The translations under genes and the position numbers were made by a program. A stretch of 20,000 nt of DNA from Ferroacidibacillus organovorans (lineage in GTDB: Bacteria; Bacillota; Bacilli; Alicyclobacillales; SLC66). Positions 7,822 to 15,779 of the stretch are shown here, one piece after another; position 1 is the first letter of the stretch, and the number at the start of each line of letters is the position of its first letter. The stretch lies in NCBI RefSeq assembly GCF_001642725.1, contig NZ_LSUQ01000001.1, positions 116,992 through 136,991 of the forward strand. Direction: 5' to 3'. The notes under the pieces were generated by a model. The model saw only the letters and a program-made list of their open reading frames with translations, was not told the origin of the DNA and searched no databases.

Positions 7822-8169
7822 ATGGTTACACTTACAGAACAAGCTGCAGACAAAGTCAAATCGATGTTGAGCGATTCTGAGGATGCCGGACTTCGCATCG
7901 TGATCAAACCGGGTGGTTGCTCGGGGTTTAGTTATGGACTGGCACTGGATGAACGCAAACCGAACGATATCGCAATCATCCAACACGGAGTGAGTGTGTT
8001 TGTCGATGCGGAAAATGAGCGACTCGTCGACGGCGCTCAGATTGACTATCTCGATGATTTGTCGGGAACAGGGTTTTCGATTCACAATCCGAACGCGATA
8101 TCGACGTGCGGGTGCGGGTCGAGTTTTCGCACAAAAGAGGATGCCGGGCAACCGGGTTCGTGTGATTAA
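7822..8169 (+). CDS. iscA: HesB/IscA/SufA-family Fe-S cluster carrier
   Basis: GGCSGFSY and NPNA..TCGCGSSF motifs; AAAGGAG RBS. Confidence 0.92.
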   Translation: MVTLTEQAADKVKSMLSDSEDAGLRIVIKPGGCSGFSYGLALDERKPNDIAIIQHGVSVFVDAENERLVDGAQIDYLDDLSGTGFSIHNPNAISTCGCGSSFRTKEDAGQPGSCD

Positions 8170-8197
8170 AAAAGCGATGATGCTTAAGCATCATCGC
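8168..8197 (-). terminator. Terminator for dedA
   Basis: Perfect 24-bp palindrome GCGATGATGCTTAAGCATCATCGC (8174-8197) with a 5' A tract, which is a U tract on the minus strand. Confidence 0.75.
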
Positions 8198-8200
8198 GGG

Positions 8201-8229
8201 CTGCCGAGTGAATTCTCGGCAGTTTTTTT
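8201..8229 (+). terminator. Terminator for iscA
   Basis: CTGCCGAG-TGAATT-CTCGGCAG followed by T7. Confidence 0.8.
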
Positions 8230-8827
8230 ATCGGCTGTGTCTGCGATTGCGCAGTAAAAAACTGATAAAGAGAACGACGAGTAGCGCCGCGGAAAGGTCT
8301 GTGAAAAGTGTGAAATGAGTTGTAACCGTTTCCCAGTGTTGCCCAAGCGCGTACCCGACGTAGGCGAGAATGGCAACCCAGGGAATGCATCCGATGATTG
8401 TAAAAATCATAAACGTGCTGAGTCGCATCTTGGCGATTCCGGCAGGCAGCGAGATGAAGGTTCGCACAGCAGGTAAAAGCCGACTGATCAATACGGTGAT
8501 TGCGCCGTATTTGGCAAAAAAGCGTTCGGATGATTCAAAGTGACGCTCGGAAAACAAAACATAGCGTCCGTATGAGCGGAGGAAGGCTCGTCCGCCGCGC
8601 AAGCCGATCCAATAGGCCAAGAGTGAACCGATCAAATTGCCGAGCACGCCGGCGATGATCGCGGGCGCAAGACCCATTTCACCGCGAAAAGCGGCATAAC
8701 CCGCAAACGTCATGATCAGTTCGCTTGGGATCGGAATACATGCACTTTCGAGTAACATGGTGAAAAAAACGGCAGCAATCCCGTAGTGACGTACAGCGTG
8801 TTCGAGAGCGAGCGATATGCCGTGCAG
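8228..8827 (-). CDS. DedA family membrane protein, probable CTG start
   Basis: ESACIPIPSE, G..AY..G..GGR, F.KYG, SRLLPAVRTFISLPAG. The frame stays open upstream of ATG 8758 (LHGISLALEHAVRHYGIAAVFFT) to CTG 8827, which is 8 nt from an AAGGGG RBS. Confidence 0.88.
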   Translation of the reverse strand: MHGISLALEHAVRHYGIAAVFFTMLLESACIPIPSELIMTFAGYAAFRGEMGLAPAIIAGVLGNLIGSLLAYWIGLRGGRAFLRSYGRYVLFSERHFESSERFFAKYGAITVLISRLLPAVRTFISLPAGIAKMRLSTFMIFTIIGCIPWVAILAYVGYALGQHWETVTTHFTLFTDLSAALLVVLFISFLLRNRRHSR

Positions 8828-8881
8828 GTTTGTTACCCCTTTCTTTTGACAAAGAAATGGAAATGCGTGTTTAACTTTTTA

Positions 8882-8910
8882 ATGATAGCACAGCCCGAAA
8901 TGGTAGTCTA
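8882..8910 (-). promoter_or_regulatory. Putative sigma-A promoter of dedA
   Basis: Minus strand TAGACT, 17 nt, TATCAT with TGn. Confidence 0.5.
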
Positions 8911-8911
8911 C

Positions 8912-8952
8912 TTGTCCGACGAAAAGCATACATGGTATAGTAAGTCGGACAA
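8912..8952 (+). promoter_or_regulatory. Putative GT2 promoter inside a 9-bp inverted repeat
   Basis: TTGTCC, 18 nt, TATAGT (TGn); arms TTGTCCGAC/GTCGGACAA. Confidence 0.55.
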
Positions 8953-8992
8953 TGAACTTATTTGAGAATGGGTTGACAGAGGAGACTTTCTT

Positions 8993-10234
8993 TTGATTTC
9001 ATGGACCGCCGTATTGACCGTGGCTTTTATCGCGCTGCAAGCCATTACGGGTCTCATTGGTTTGTATCAAGTGGTATTGTCTGTTTTTGGATTGGTGTAT
9101 CGACGAAAACCTCTCGTTCATGAACCTGCGAAGCGATTCGCAGTTTTTGTTGCGGCGCACAATGAAGAACGTGTGATTGCGCCTTTGCTGGAAAATTTGA
9201 AGCGTCTTGACTATCCCCAGTCTATGTATGATGTTTATGTGATTGCTGATAACTGCACAGATCGAACTGCAGAAATTGCGCGCGAACACGGTGTGATTGC
9301 AGAAGAGCGAACGTCAGAAACGGAACGCGGAAAAGGGTATGCGATTCGTTGGATGTTGGAGCGTGTAAAGGAACGCAAGGTTTCATACGACGCAGTCGTG
9401 ATGTTTGACGCTGACAATTTGGTCGGAACCAATTTCTTGCGCGTGATGAACGATCGACTCCTTGATGGACACAAGGTGATTCAAGGGTATCTCGATATTA
9501 AAAATCCGTTGGATTCTTGGGTCAGTGTATCTATGGCGATATCCTATTGGTATACCAATCGCATGTGGCAGCTCTCTCGAAGAAATCTTGGATTGTCGTG
9601 TGCGCTCGGGGGAACGGGACTTTGCATTGATATGCCACTTATCAATCGTCTTGGGTGGGAAGCGACCGGTTTGACGGAGGACGTTGAATTTGGCGCAAAA
9701 TGTGTGGTCGAAGGTATCTACCCCGTGTGGGCGCACGAGGCAAAAGTGTACGATGAAAAACCAATTCTGCTGGTCGCCTCCATGCGTCAGCGTTTGCGTT
9801 GGATGCAAGGCCATTTTAACTGTGCGCAGCAATACATGGGGACGCTGCTTCTCGCGAGTATCAAAGAGAGAAATTTGGCGAAGCTTGACGCGGCGATTTA
9901 TCTTTTTCAACCGATGCGTTTCTTGATTCTCTTTTTGACCGCGTTCATGTTTCTTTTTCAAAACTCAAATCCAGCCATGGTGGCAGGTTTTACGGAACTA
10001 TTACCGACGTGGTTTTGGGCTGTGATCAACCTGTTTATTCTAATTCAAATGCCGCTTGCGATGTTACTTGAGCGCGTCGAGTGGCGTGCGTTTATTGGCC
10101 TGCCACTCTTTCCGTTTTTTATGCTAACTTGGTTTCCGGTTACTGCATTTGCACTGTTTACGCGACGCAATCGCGTGTGGAAACACACTGCTCACACGCG
10201 AGCCATTCAATTTGATGACCTGCGTACGCGTTAG
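8993..10234 (+). CDS. Membrane-embedded processive-type glycosyltransferase family 2
   Basis: AHNEE, ADNCTD, FDADN (DxD), TED and QRLRW (QxxRW); N- and C-terminal TM helices. GAGGAG RBS, TTG start. Confidence 0.9.
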   Translation: MISWTAVLTVAFIALQAITGLIGLYQVVLSVFGLVYRRKPLVHEPAKRFAVFVAAHNEERVIAPLLENLKRLDYPQSMYDVYVIADNCTDRTAEIAREHGVIAEERTSETERGKGYAIRWMLERVKERKVSYDAVVMFDADNLVGTNFLRVMNDRLLDGHKVIQGYLDIKNPLDSWVSVSMAISYWYTNRMWQLSRRNLGLSCALGGTGLCIDMPLINRLGWEATGLTEDVEFGAKCVVEGIYPVWAHEAKVYDEKPILLVASMRQRLRWMQGHFNCAQQYMGTLLLASIKERNLAKLDAAIYLFQPMRFLILFLTAFMFLFQNSNPAMVAGFTELLPTWFWAVINLFILIQMPLAMLLERVEWRAFIGLPLFPFFMLTWFPVTAFALFTRRNRVWKHTAHTRAIQFDDLRTR

Positions 10235-10253
10235 AATTGCTATAGCGATTGTT

Positions 10254-10610
10254 TCACGTAGCCCGTGAAGAAGTGCTTTGGGTGTCGCAACGAGTCTTAG
10301 CGTGATGCGCTGCAAAGGTGAGCAGCGCATCTTCTCCTTTCATTCCGGGTGTAACGCCGATGGTGCGAGCGTGATCGGTTACGGCTTCCAGAGGGGCAGA
10401 GAGTAGGTCTTCGACGGTGCGAACTCCGACTGCGCGTCCCGCAAGAATTTTTCGGTCGTTTAACTTTGTGTTTAGCAGCTCGACATCAAGCGCGCCGCAC
10501 ATGATGTATCCTACTTCATTTTGAATGGTTACGAGTCGCGTCTTAGGCAAATCAACTGTGACGGCGATAAACGTCGTTCCGCTGAGCGTAATTGGGGAAA
10601 TTGTGACCAC
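10254..10610 (-). CDS. yunC: YunC family (DUF1805) protein
   Basis: LPKT, GYIMCGALDV.LLN.KL..R.I.AGRAVGVRT; AAGGAGG RBS, GTG start. Confidence 0.88.
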   Translation of the reverse strand: MVTISPITLSGTTFIAVTVDLPKTRLVTIQNEVGYIMCGALDVELLNTKLNDRKILAGRAVGVRTVEDLLSAPLEAVTDHARTIGVTPGMKGEDALLTFAAHHAKTRCDTQSTSSRAT

Positions 10611-10687
10611 GCGTTATTGCCTCCTTTTTGATACGGTATGATCAGTTTTCCATTGAGGTGCAATTCTTAAAGACAGGATGGGTGAAA

Positions 10688-12448
10688 ATGCAGCGCGTCA
10701 TGCTCACGACACTCAATGCAAAGTATGTTCACTCGTCACTCGCGCTTCGCTACTTGCGTGCGGCGATTGAACAACAGTGCGATGTTGTCATGCGCGAGTT
10801 CACGATCCACGACCCTGTTGAACATGTTTTGGCAAAGATCTATGCAGTCAAACCAGACCTTCTGGGAATCAGTTGCTATATATGGAATATCACGGAGACG
10901 TTGCGTCTGATTCCTTTGGTGAAAAAAGTGCTCCCTGAAACGAAAATCGTTTTGGGAGGTCCAGAAGTGTCCTATGATTCCGTGGAGTTTATGGAACTTC
11001 ACAAAGGGATCGACGTGATTGTCCGCGGAGAGGGAGAGGTGACTCTCCAGAGGCTCCTGCAGTCGTTAGCGTGTGAAAGTTCATTTTCGGCGATTGAGGG
11101 TATTGTTTTTCGGACAAAAGATGGCATCGTCGATACAGGTGCCGCCCGGAAGGTGACATCACTCGATGATCTTCCCACCCCATATGCCAAGGATAGCCTG
11201 CACGAGCTTGATCAACGAATCGTATATTTTGAAGCGAGTCGCGGTTGTCCGTTTTCGTGTCAGTTTTGCCTTTCTTCAATTGAATCGGGCGTGCGCTACT
11301 TCTCGCTTGAGCGTGTCAAAGATGATCTTACACGCTTGGTGGAATACGGGGTGCGCCAGATTAAGTTTGTCGATCGTACGTTTAATCTTCGCAAGGATTA
11401 TGCATTAGAGATTTTTTCTCACGTCTTGTCTCTTTCGGGAGAGACGACGTTTCACTTTGAAATTACGGGAGATATACTAAAATCAGAAGTGGTGTCTTGG
11501 CTTATTGATCACGCGCCACCAGGAAAGTTTAGATTTGAAATTGGAGTGCAATCTACGAGTGATGAGACCAATGCAATCATCAAGCGTCGCCAAGATTTTG
11601 TGAAGTTATCGGAAACGGTATCTCGAATTCGCGATTCCGGTGTGATTCTTCAACATCTGGATCTGATTGCCGGTTTGCCAGAAGAAGACTACAATCGCTT
11701 TGCTCAAACCTTTAATGAGGTGTACGCGCTGCGCCCTGATGAGTTACAACTGGGTTTTTTAAAACTTCTGCGTGGAACGGGATTGCGAAATCGTGCGAAT
11801 CAATACGGATATGTATATATGGATACTGCACCGTATGAGATGTTGGCTAATGCTGTCATGCCGTATGGAGACGTCGTGCGTTTGAAGCGGTTAGAGGATA
11901 TTCTTGAAAAGTATTACAATTCAGGTCGATTTCCACGCTCCATTCCGTACCTATCAAACAAGTGTTTTGCGACACCGTTTGACTTTTATCAGCGCTTTGG
12001 TGATTTTTGGAGTCTTCGAGGGTATGAGCGAATTGGCCATCAAATGCACGATTTATATATTCGTCTCGAAGAATTTTTGCGAGAAGAAAACGTTGTGAAT
12101 GCAACTGCGTATGCGCTGATGCGCGCGGATTATCTCATGAGAGAAAAAATTCGCCCTAAACGCCTCTGGTGGAAGAGATATGTGGATGAAGTGACACTAT
12201 CAACGATGCGTGCGCTAGAACCACCCTTGGCAAAGGGAGAGACGATTGATGCGGTGCTCTTGAAACGCTGTATCGCTGATCGCGTACCTGCTGATGCGGC
12301 GCGTGAGCTAGGTTTGATGGTGGGGGATGTGCGCGGTGAGCTGACGATCATCTATTGCTATCCAAAAGGACTAGGACATCCGACCGTGCATGTGTCGATG
12401 TCAGTAAGTGAAATGGCCGACGATTTTCAGTTGCAGTTTCCATCTTAA
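10688..12448 (+). CDS. B12-binding-domain radical SAM protein (probable DUF4080 C-terminus)
   Basis: TLNAKYVHSSLALRYL, SCYIWN, LGGPEVS, GEGE, RGCPFSCQFC (CxxxCxxC), KFVDRTFN, DLIAGLP. ATG 10688 preferred. Confidence 0.88.
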   Translation: MQRVMLTTLNAKYVHSSLALRYLRAAIEQQCDVVMREFTIHDPVEHVLAKIYAVKPDLLGISCYIWNITETLRLIPLVKKVLPETKIVLGGPEVSYDSVEFMELHKGIDVIVRGEGEVTLQRLLQSLACESSFSAIEGIVFRTKDGIVDTGAARKVTSLDDLPTPYAKDSLHELDQRIVYFEASRGCPFSCQFCLSSIESGVRYFSLERVKDDLTRLVEYGVRQIKFVDRTFNLRKDYALEIFSHVLSLSGETTFHFEITGDILKSEVVSWLIDHAPPGKFRFEIGVQSTSDETNAIIKRRQDFVKLSETVSRIRDSGVILQHLDLIAGLPEEDYNRFAQTFNEVYALRPDELQLGFLKLLRGTGLRNRANQYGYVYMDTAPYEMLANAVMPYGDVVRLKRLEDILEKYYNSGRFPRSIPYLSNKCFATPFDFYQRFGDFWSLRGYERIGHQMHDLYIRLEEFLREENVVNATAYALMRADYLMREKIRPKRLWWKRYVDEVTLSTMRALEPPLAKGETIDAVLLKRCIADRVPADAARELGLMVGDVRGELTIIYCYPKGLGHPTVHVSMSVSEMADDFQLQFPS

Positions 12449-12507
12449 GCATTTGTCAGTTTGGCAATAAGATATGAATGATCGGTTTATACAAAGGAGA
12501 ATGGAAT

Positions 12508-13002
12508 GTGACGTTTTGGATGTCCGTCCTTGGCTTGATGAAAAATCCGGCACTTATGGCTTCGTTGGCTGCCACGGTGGTGGCACAGGTCGTAAAAGTA
12601 CCCATCGCATACGTAACGACCCGCAAATGGGATTTTAGCCAAATGACCTCGACGGGTGGCATGCCGAGCTCTCACTCTGCAGCCGTCTCTTCCCTTGCGA
12701 CAGTCATCGGATTTCACGATGGGACAAAGTCATCCCTTTTTGCAGCGAGTGTGGTTTTTGCCATTATTGTCATGTATGACGCTGCTGGAATTCGTCGTCA
12801 CGCAGGTGAGCAAGCTATTGCATTGAATAAATTAAAAGCGGATATTGGTGAGCTTATTGATCGCAGGTTTGCAGACAGGCGGACAGAGTTGTATCAGCAG
12901 CGCTTGAAGGAAATGTTGGGTCATCAGCCCATTGAAGTATTGATGGGCTGTATTTTAGGCATTCTTTTAGGGAGTATTGTAGCGGCGATCAGTCACGCCT
13001 AG
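12508..13002 (+). CDS. Divergent PAP2 / DUF212 (YuiD-like) membrane protein
   Basis: AQ..K, GGMPSSHSA, VMYDAAGIRRHAG and LKE.LGH.P.EV..G. AAGGAG RBS 8 nt before GTG 12508. Confidence 0.88.
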   Translation: MTFWMSVLGLMKNPALMASLAATVVAQVVKVPIAYVTTRKWDFSQMTSTGGMPSSHSAAVSSLATVIGFHDGTKSSLFAASVVFAIIVMYDAAGIRRHAGEQAIALNKLKADIGELIDRRFADRRTELYQQRLKEMLGHQPIEVLMGCILGILLGSIVAAISHA

Positions 13003-13022
13003 TACACTGAGGAGGGCGTCCC

Positions 13023-13202
13023 ATGCAGTTTGTGCCAAGCGATTTGCGAACCATAAAAAAGGCGCTGTCCGTCGCCGTTTTAAAAGGTGAAACAGACGAA
13101 GAGCGCCGCCAGTTTCAGCATCTTCTTGATCAAATGACACATGTCTCAGAAGTCGTAAAGGATGGATTCCTTTACGACTACAATGACAATCGCCCGCTGT
13201 AA
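13023..13202 (+). CDS. Small hypothetical protein (59 aa)
   Basis: GAGGAGGG RBS, then MQFVPSDLRTIKKALSVAVLKGETDEERRQFQHLLDQMTHVSEVVKDGFLYDYNDNRPL*. Fills the gap exactly; shorter than any ORF in the track. Confidence 0.75.
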   Translation: MQFVPSDLRTIKKALSVAVLKGETDEERRQFQHLLDQMTHVSEVVKDGFLYDYNDNRPL

Positions 13203-13203
13203 A

Positions 13204-13491
13204 CTAGGAATCCTCACGATCTTCTCCAATCGAGAAGATCGTTTCGTTTAACACATCACGATTGATTTTTTTGATCACTTGAGAGATTGCCAGCGTTTGA
13301 TTGGCAACTTCCGAACTTCCATAGATGACCATTCGCTCCTCATAGGTGGGTGTGCCGATTGCATAGCAGACACCACTTTGTTGCTCAAACGCTTCGATTT
13401 GGTACTCTTTGTTCTGAATCCGATACACAAACATCTCTTTCTTTAACAAGAATGCGTCGTTTTGCAGTTCGATTGTTTTCCAGGATTCCAT
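13204..13491 (-). CDS. Hypothetical protein (95 aa)
   Basis: GGAGG RBS before ATG 13491 (MESWKTIELQ...); fills the intergenic space. Confidence 0.7.
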   Translation of the reverse strand: MESWKTIELQNDAFLLKKEMFVYRIQNKEYQIEAFEQQSGVCYAIGTPTYEERMVIYGSSEVANQTLAISQVIKKINRDVLNETIFSIGEDREDS

Positions 13492-13516
13492 ACATTTTCC
13501 TCCGTTTCTCTCCAAA

Positions 13517-13999
13517 TTAAAGAAAACGCGTCTCAATTCCGCGTATCGTGAACAAAAGCAATCCTAAAAGTGTTAGGATCATAGTAAAGACGATGAGCCC
13601 CATTGAGATTCCATGGTAGAAGAAAAATTGTTTCAACACGGGAGTCATAGGGCCTGCGAAGTTAGGTATTCTCAATCTTGCCGCGTTCATCGCCGGGAGA
13701 AGAACCATGTCGCTAAACGCCAAAAAAAGTGTAGATAGCCACGCGCTGCTGATAAAGATTCGCCGCGAGATGTAGCGATGCGATGGCCAAGGTATGAACC
13801 CAGTGCATACGCTCGCAATCAGCGAAGAGATTCCTGTGAAGCGATAAAACGATGGAAACAAATGTGCGAGAACGGTTCCCGCTGACTGGAGCGTAAGGCT
13901 GGCAAAGATGGTCTCAGCGACGATGAGAGAAAAGAATACCATCGCGCCGAGTGACAAAGCGGTTGCTAAAGAATAAATTGATCTTGAAGTCGATTGCAC
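13517..13999 (-). CDS. Four-TM membrane protein, DUF4149/TMEM205-like
   Basis: G..FF...VA..IF..L....AG......FP..Y and F...HG.S patterns; AAGGGG RBS before GTG 13999. Confidence 0.7.
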   Translation of the reverse strand: MQSTSRSIYSLATALSLGAMVFFSLIVAETIFASLTLQSAGTVLAHLFPSFYRFTGISSLIASVCTGFIPWPSHRYISRRIFISSAWLSTLFLAFSDMVLLPAMNAARLRIPNFAGPMTPVLKQFFFYHGISMGLIVFTMILTLLGLLLFTIRGIETRFL

Positions 14000-14049
14000 G
14001 CTATAATCCCCTTTGATGGATGAGTCAGTCATAAAGGTGTGAAAACGTC

Positions 14050-14850
14050 ATGGCATCATGGAAAAATCTAACCCCGTGGTTCGTCATTGGAGCGACGGTT
14101 GTCACGCTGACAGGGTGTGGAAGCCAAAATTCTGCAGGTGGGATCCCATCGTCACAACCGCTGCCTCCAAGTACGTCTCATTCTACCACACCGTCGACAG
14201 GGACGACATTGGCACAGGGAGGCGCCCCAACGACCGGGTCTACTTCGCCGAGTTCAACGACGACTACGTCTGGAACGACTTCGGGTACCTCCGTGACGAC
14301 GGGTACCACGACAACAACAGGCACGATTGCGAGCGGTCAACCTTCCGGGAGTACGGTGCCTGGAACTTCTGGCAGTTCAGTTGGCACAGGTACGGTGGCG
14401 GGCAGTTCTACGAGTGGAACGACGCTTACGACCATGCAGGTCGGTGCAGGGAGTTCGAATCCATTTGTTCCGGTTTCGAGTCAGATTTCAGATATTTATG
14501 TACCTGCCAACTGGGTGCTTCATACTGATTCGCTAGGTGAGGGCGGGAACATTTATCGTCTCATTAACTCGGCGCAACCTGCAGAACATCTTGTCGAGGT
14601 TGTTCAGTCTTCTGCGCGCGATCTGGCAGGATTTATGAGTCAAATTTCTCAAGGCGCCAATGCGCATTATGTGATTCCTCAACAGGTGATCGAATACGCG
14701 ATTCCAAACCCTAATCTTCCCTATGAAGATCGAGGTATTGTCGCAAATCTTAGCAACGGAGGCTCGATACGTCTCGATGTGTATCTGCCTTCGAATGAAC
14801 AGGCTGTGGCACAAAAAATTATCGCGAGTTTTATCAAACCGTTAACCTGA
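14050..14850 (+). CDS. Lipoprotein with a long Ser/Thr/Gly-rich linker and an unknown C-terminal domain
   Basis: Lipobox LTGC; ~100-aa low-complexity S/T region; AAAGGTG RBS; TTGATC/TATAAT promoter-like site at 13978-14007. Confidence 0.8.
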   Translation: MASWKNLTPWFVIGATVVTLTGCGSQNSAGGIPSSQPLPPSTSHSTTPSTGTTLAQGGAPTTGSTSPSSTTTTSGTTSGTSVTTGTTTTTGTIASGQPSGSTVPGTSGSSVGTGTVAGSSTSGTTLTTMQVGAGSSNPFVPVSSQISDIYVPANWVLHTDSLGEGGNIYRLINSAQPAEHLVEVVQSSARDLAGFMSQISQGANAHYVIPQQVIEYAIPNPNLPYEDRGIVANLSNGGSIRLDVYLPSNEQAVAQKIIASFIKPLT

Positions 14851-14857
14851 TTGAAAC

Positions 14858-14898
14858 AAAAAAGAGGCCGACTCCTAACGAAGAGTCGGCCTCTTTTT
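14858..14898. terminator. Bidirectional intrinsic terminator
   Basis: AAAAAGAGGCCGACTC / GAGTCGGCCTCTTTTT between convergent genes. Confidence 0.9.
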
Positions 14899-14912
14899 AT
14901 GCCCTCAAAGGG

Positions 14913-15779
14913 TTAAGCAAACTCCCTCATCAGCTCATCAAACATACTCTGATCCATCTCGAGGTTTGAGTTGAGATAGGCTTCTTGCGGATAATTTTGT
15001 ACGAGATCTTCAAAGACCGGCTTTTTCTCATCCTTGAAAATAAGCCCTGTGCACAATCCATCCGTTTCCATGACTTTAGCGATTGCCGACGCGCGATCGG
15101 TTGGATTGTAATCGGGAAATTGATCAAGTGAAACCGTGTGTTCCTTGAACCACTCGTACGTGTTTACTTTGTTATAGGTGACACAAGGGCTGAACACGTT
15201 GATTAAGCTGAACCCTTTATGCTCAATTCCACCCTGAATCAATTCTGTCAGTTGATTGACATCTGATGAGAATCCTTGGGCTAGATATGTGATGCCTGCA
15301 GACAATGCAATCTGTAAAGGACTGATCGCATTCTCGATATTTCCCGCGGGTGTGGTTTTCGCCTTGAATCCAAATGCTGATGTGGGGGAGTGCTGTCCTT
15401 TTGTTAGACCGTAGATTTGATTGTCCATTACGACATACGTGATGTCCATGTTGCGTCGTACGGCGTGCATAAAATGTCCGAGTCCAATGCCGAATCCGTC
15501 GCCGTCTCCGCCAGATGCGAGTACAGTCAGGTTGCGATTGGCAAGCTTTACACCCTGCGCGATGGGGAGAGAGCGTCCATGCACACCGTGAAATCCATAC
15601 ACATTCAAATAACCGCAAATTCGTCCAGAACATCCGATCCCTGAAATGAGCGCAACATTTTCAGGCTCAAGGTTTAAGTTTCCGAGAGCACGCTGCATGG
15701 AGGCCTGAACGGCAAAGTCGCCACAACCTGGGCACCAGTTAGGACGTACATTGTTACGAAACTCTTTTACCGTTGCCAT
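14913..15779 (-). CDS. 2-oxoacid:ferredoxin oxidoreductase beta subunit
   Basis: WCPGCG, SGIGCS, HGR, GGDGD (TPP-binding), NQIYGLTKGQ.SPT, SPCVTYN. Confidence 0.93.
   Translation of the reverse strand: MATVKEFRNNVRPNWCPGCGDFAVQASMQRALGNLNLEPENVALISGIGCSGRICGYLNVYGFHGVHGRSLPIAQGVKLANRNLTVLASGGDGDGFGIGLGHFMHAVRRNMDITYVVMDNQIYGLTKGQHSPTSAFGFKAKTTPAGNIENAISPLQIALSAGITYLAQGFSSDVNQLTELIQGGIEHKGFSLINVFSPCVTYNKVNTYEWFKEHTVSLDQFPDYNPTDRASAIAKVMETDGLCTGLIFKDEKKPVFEDLVQNYPQEAYLNSNLEMDQSMFDELMREFA

Noticed and set aside
7822..8169. HesB-like selenoprotein beside bcp
   Set aside because: All Cys motifs use TGC/TGT; no in-frame TGA.
14150..14440. Tandem repeat or CRISPR-like array suggested by ACGACG runs
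   Set aside because: Explained by Thr/Ser codons of the lipoprotein linker; no fixed-length repeat-spacer pattern.
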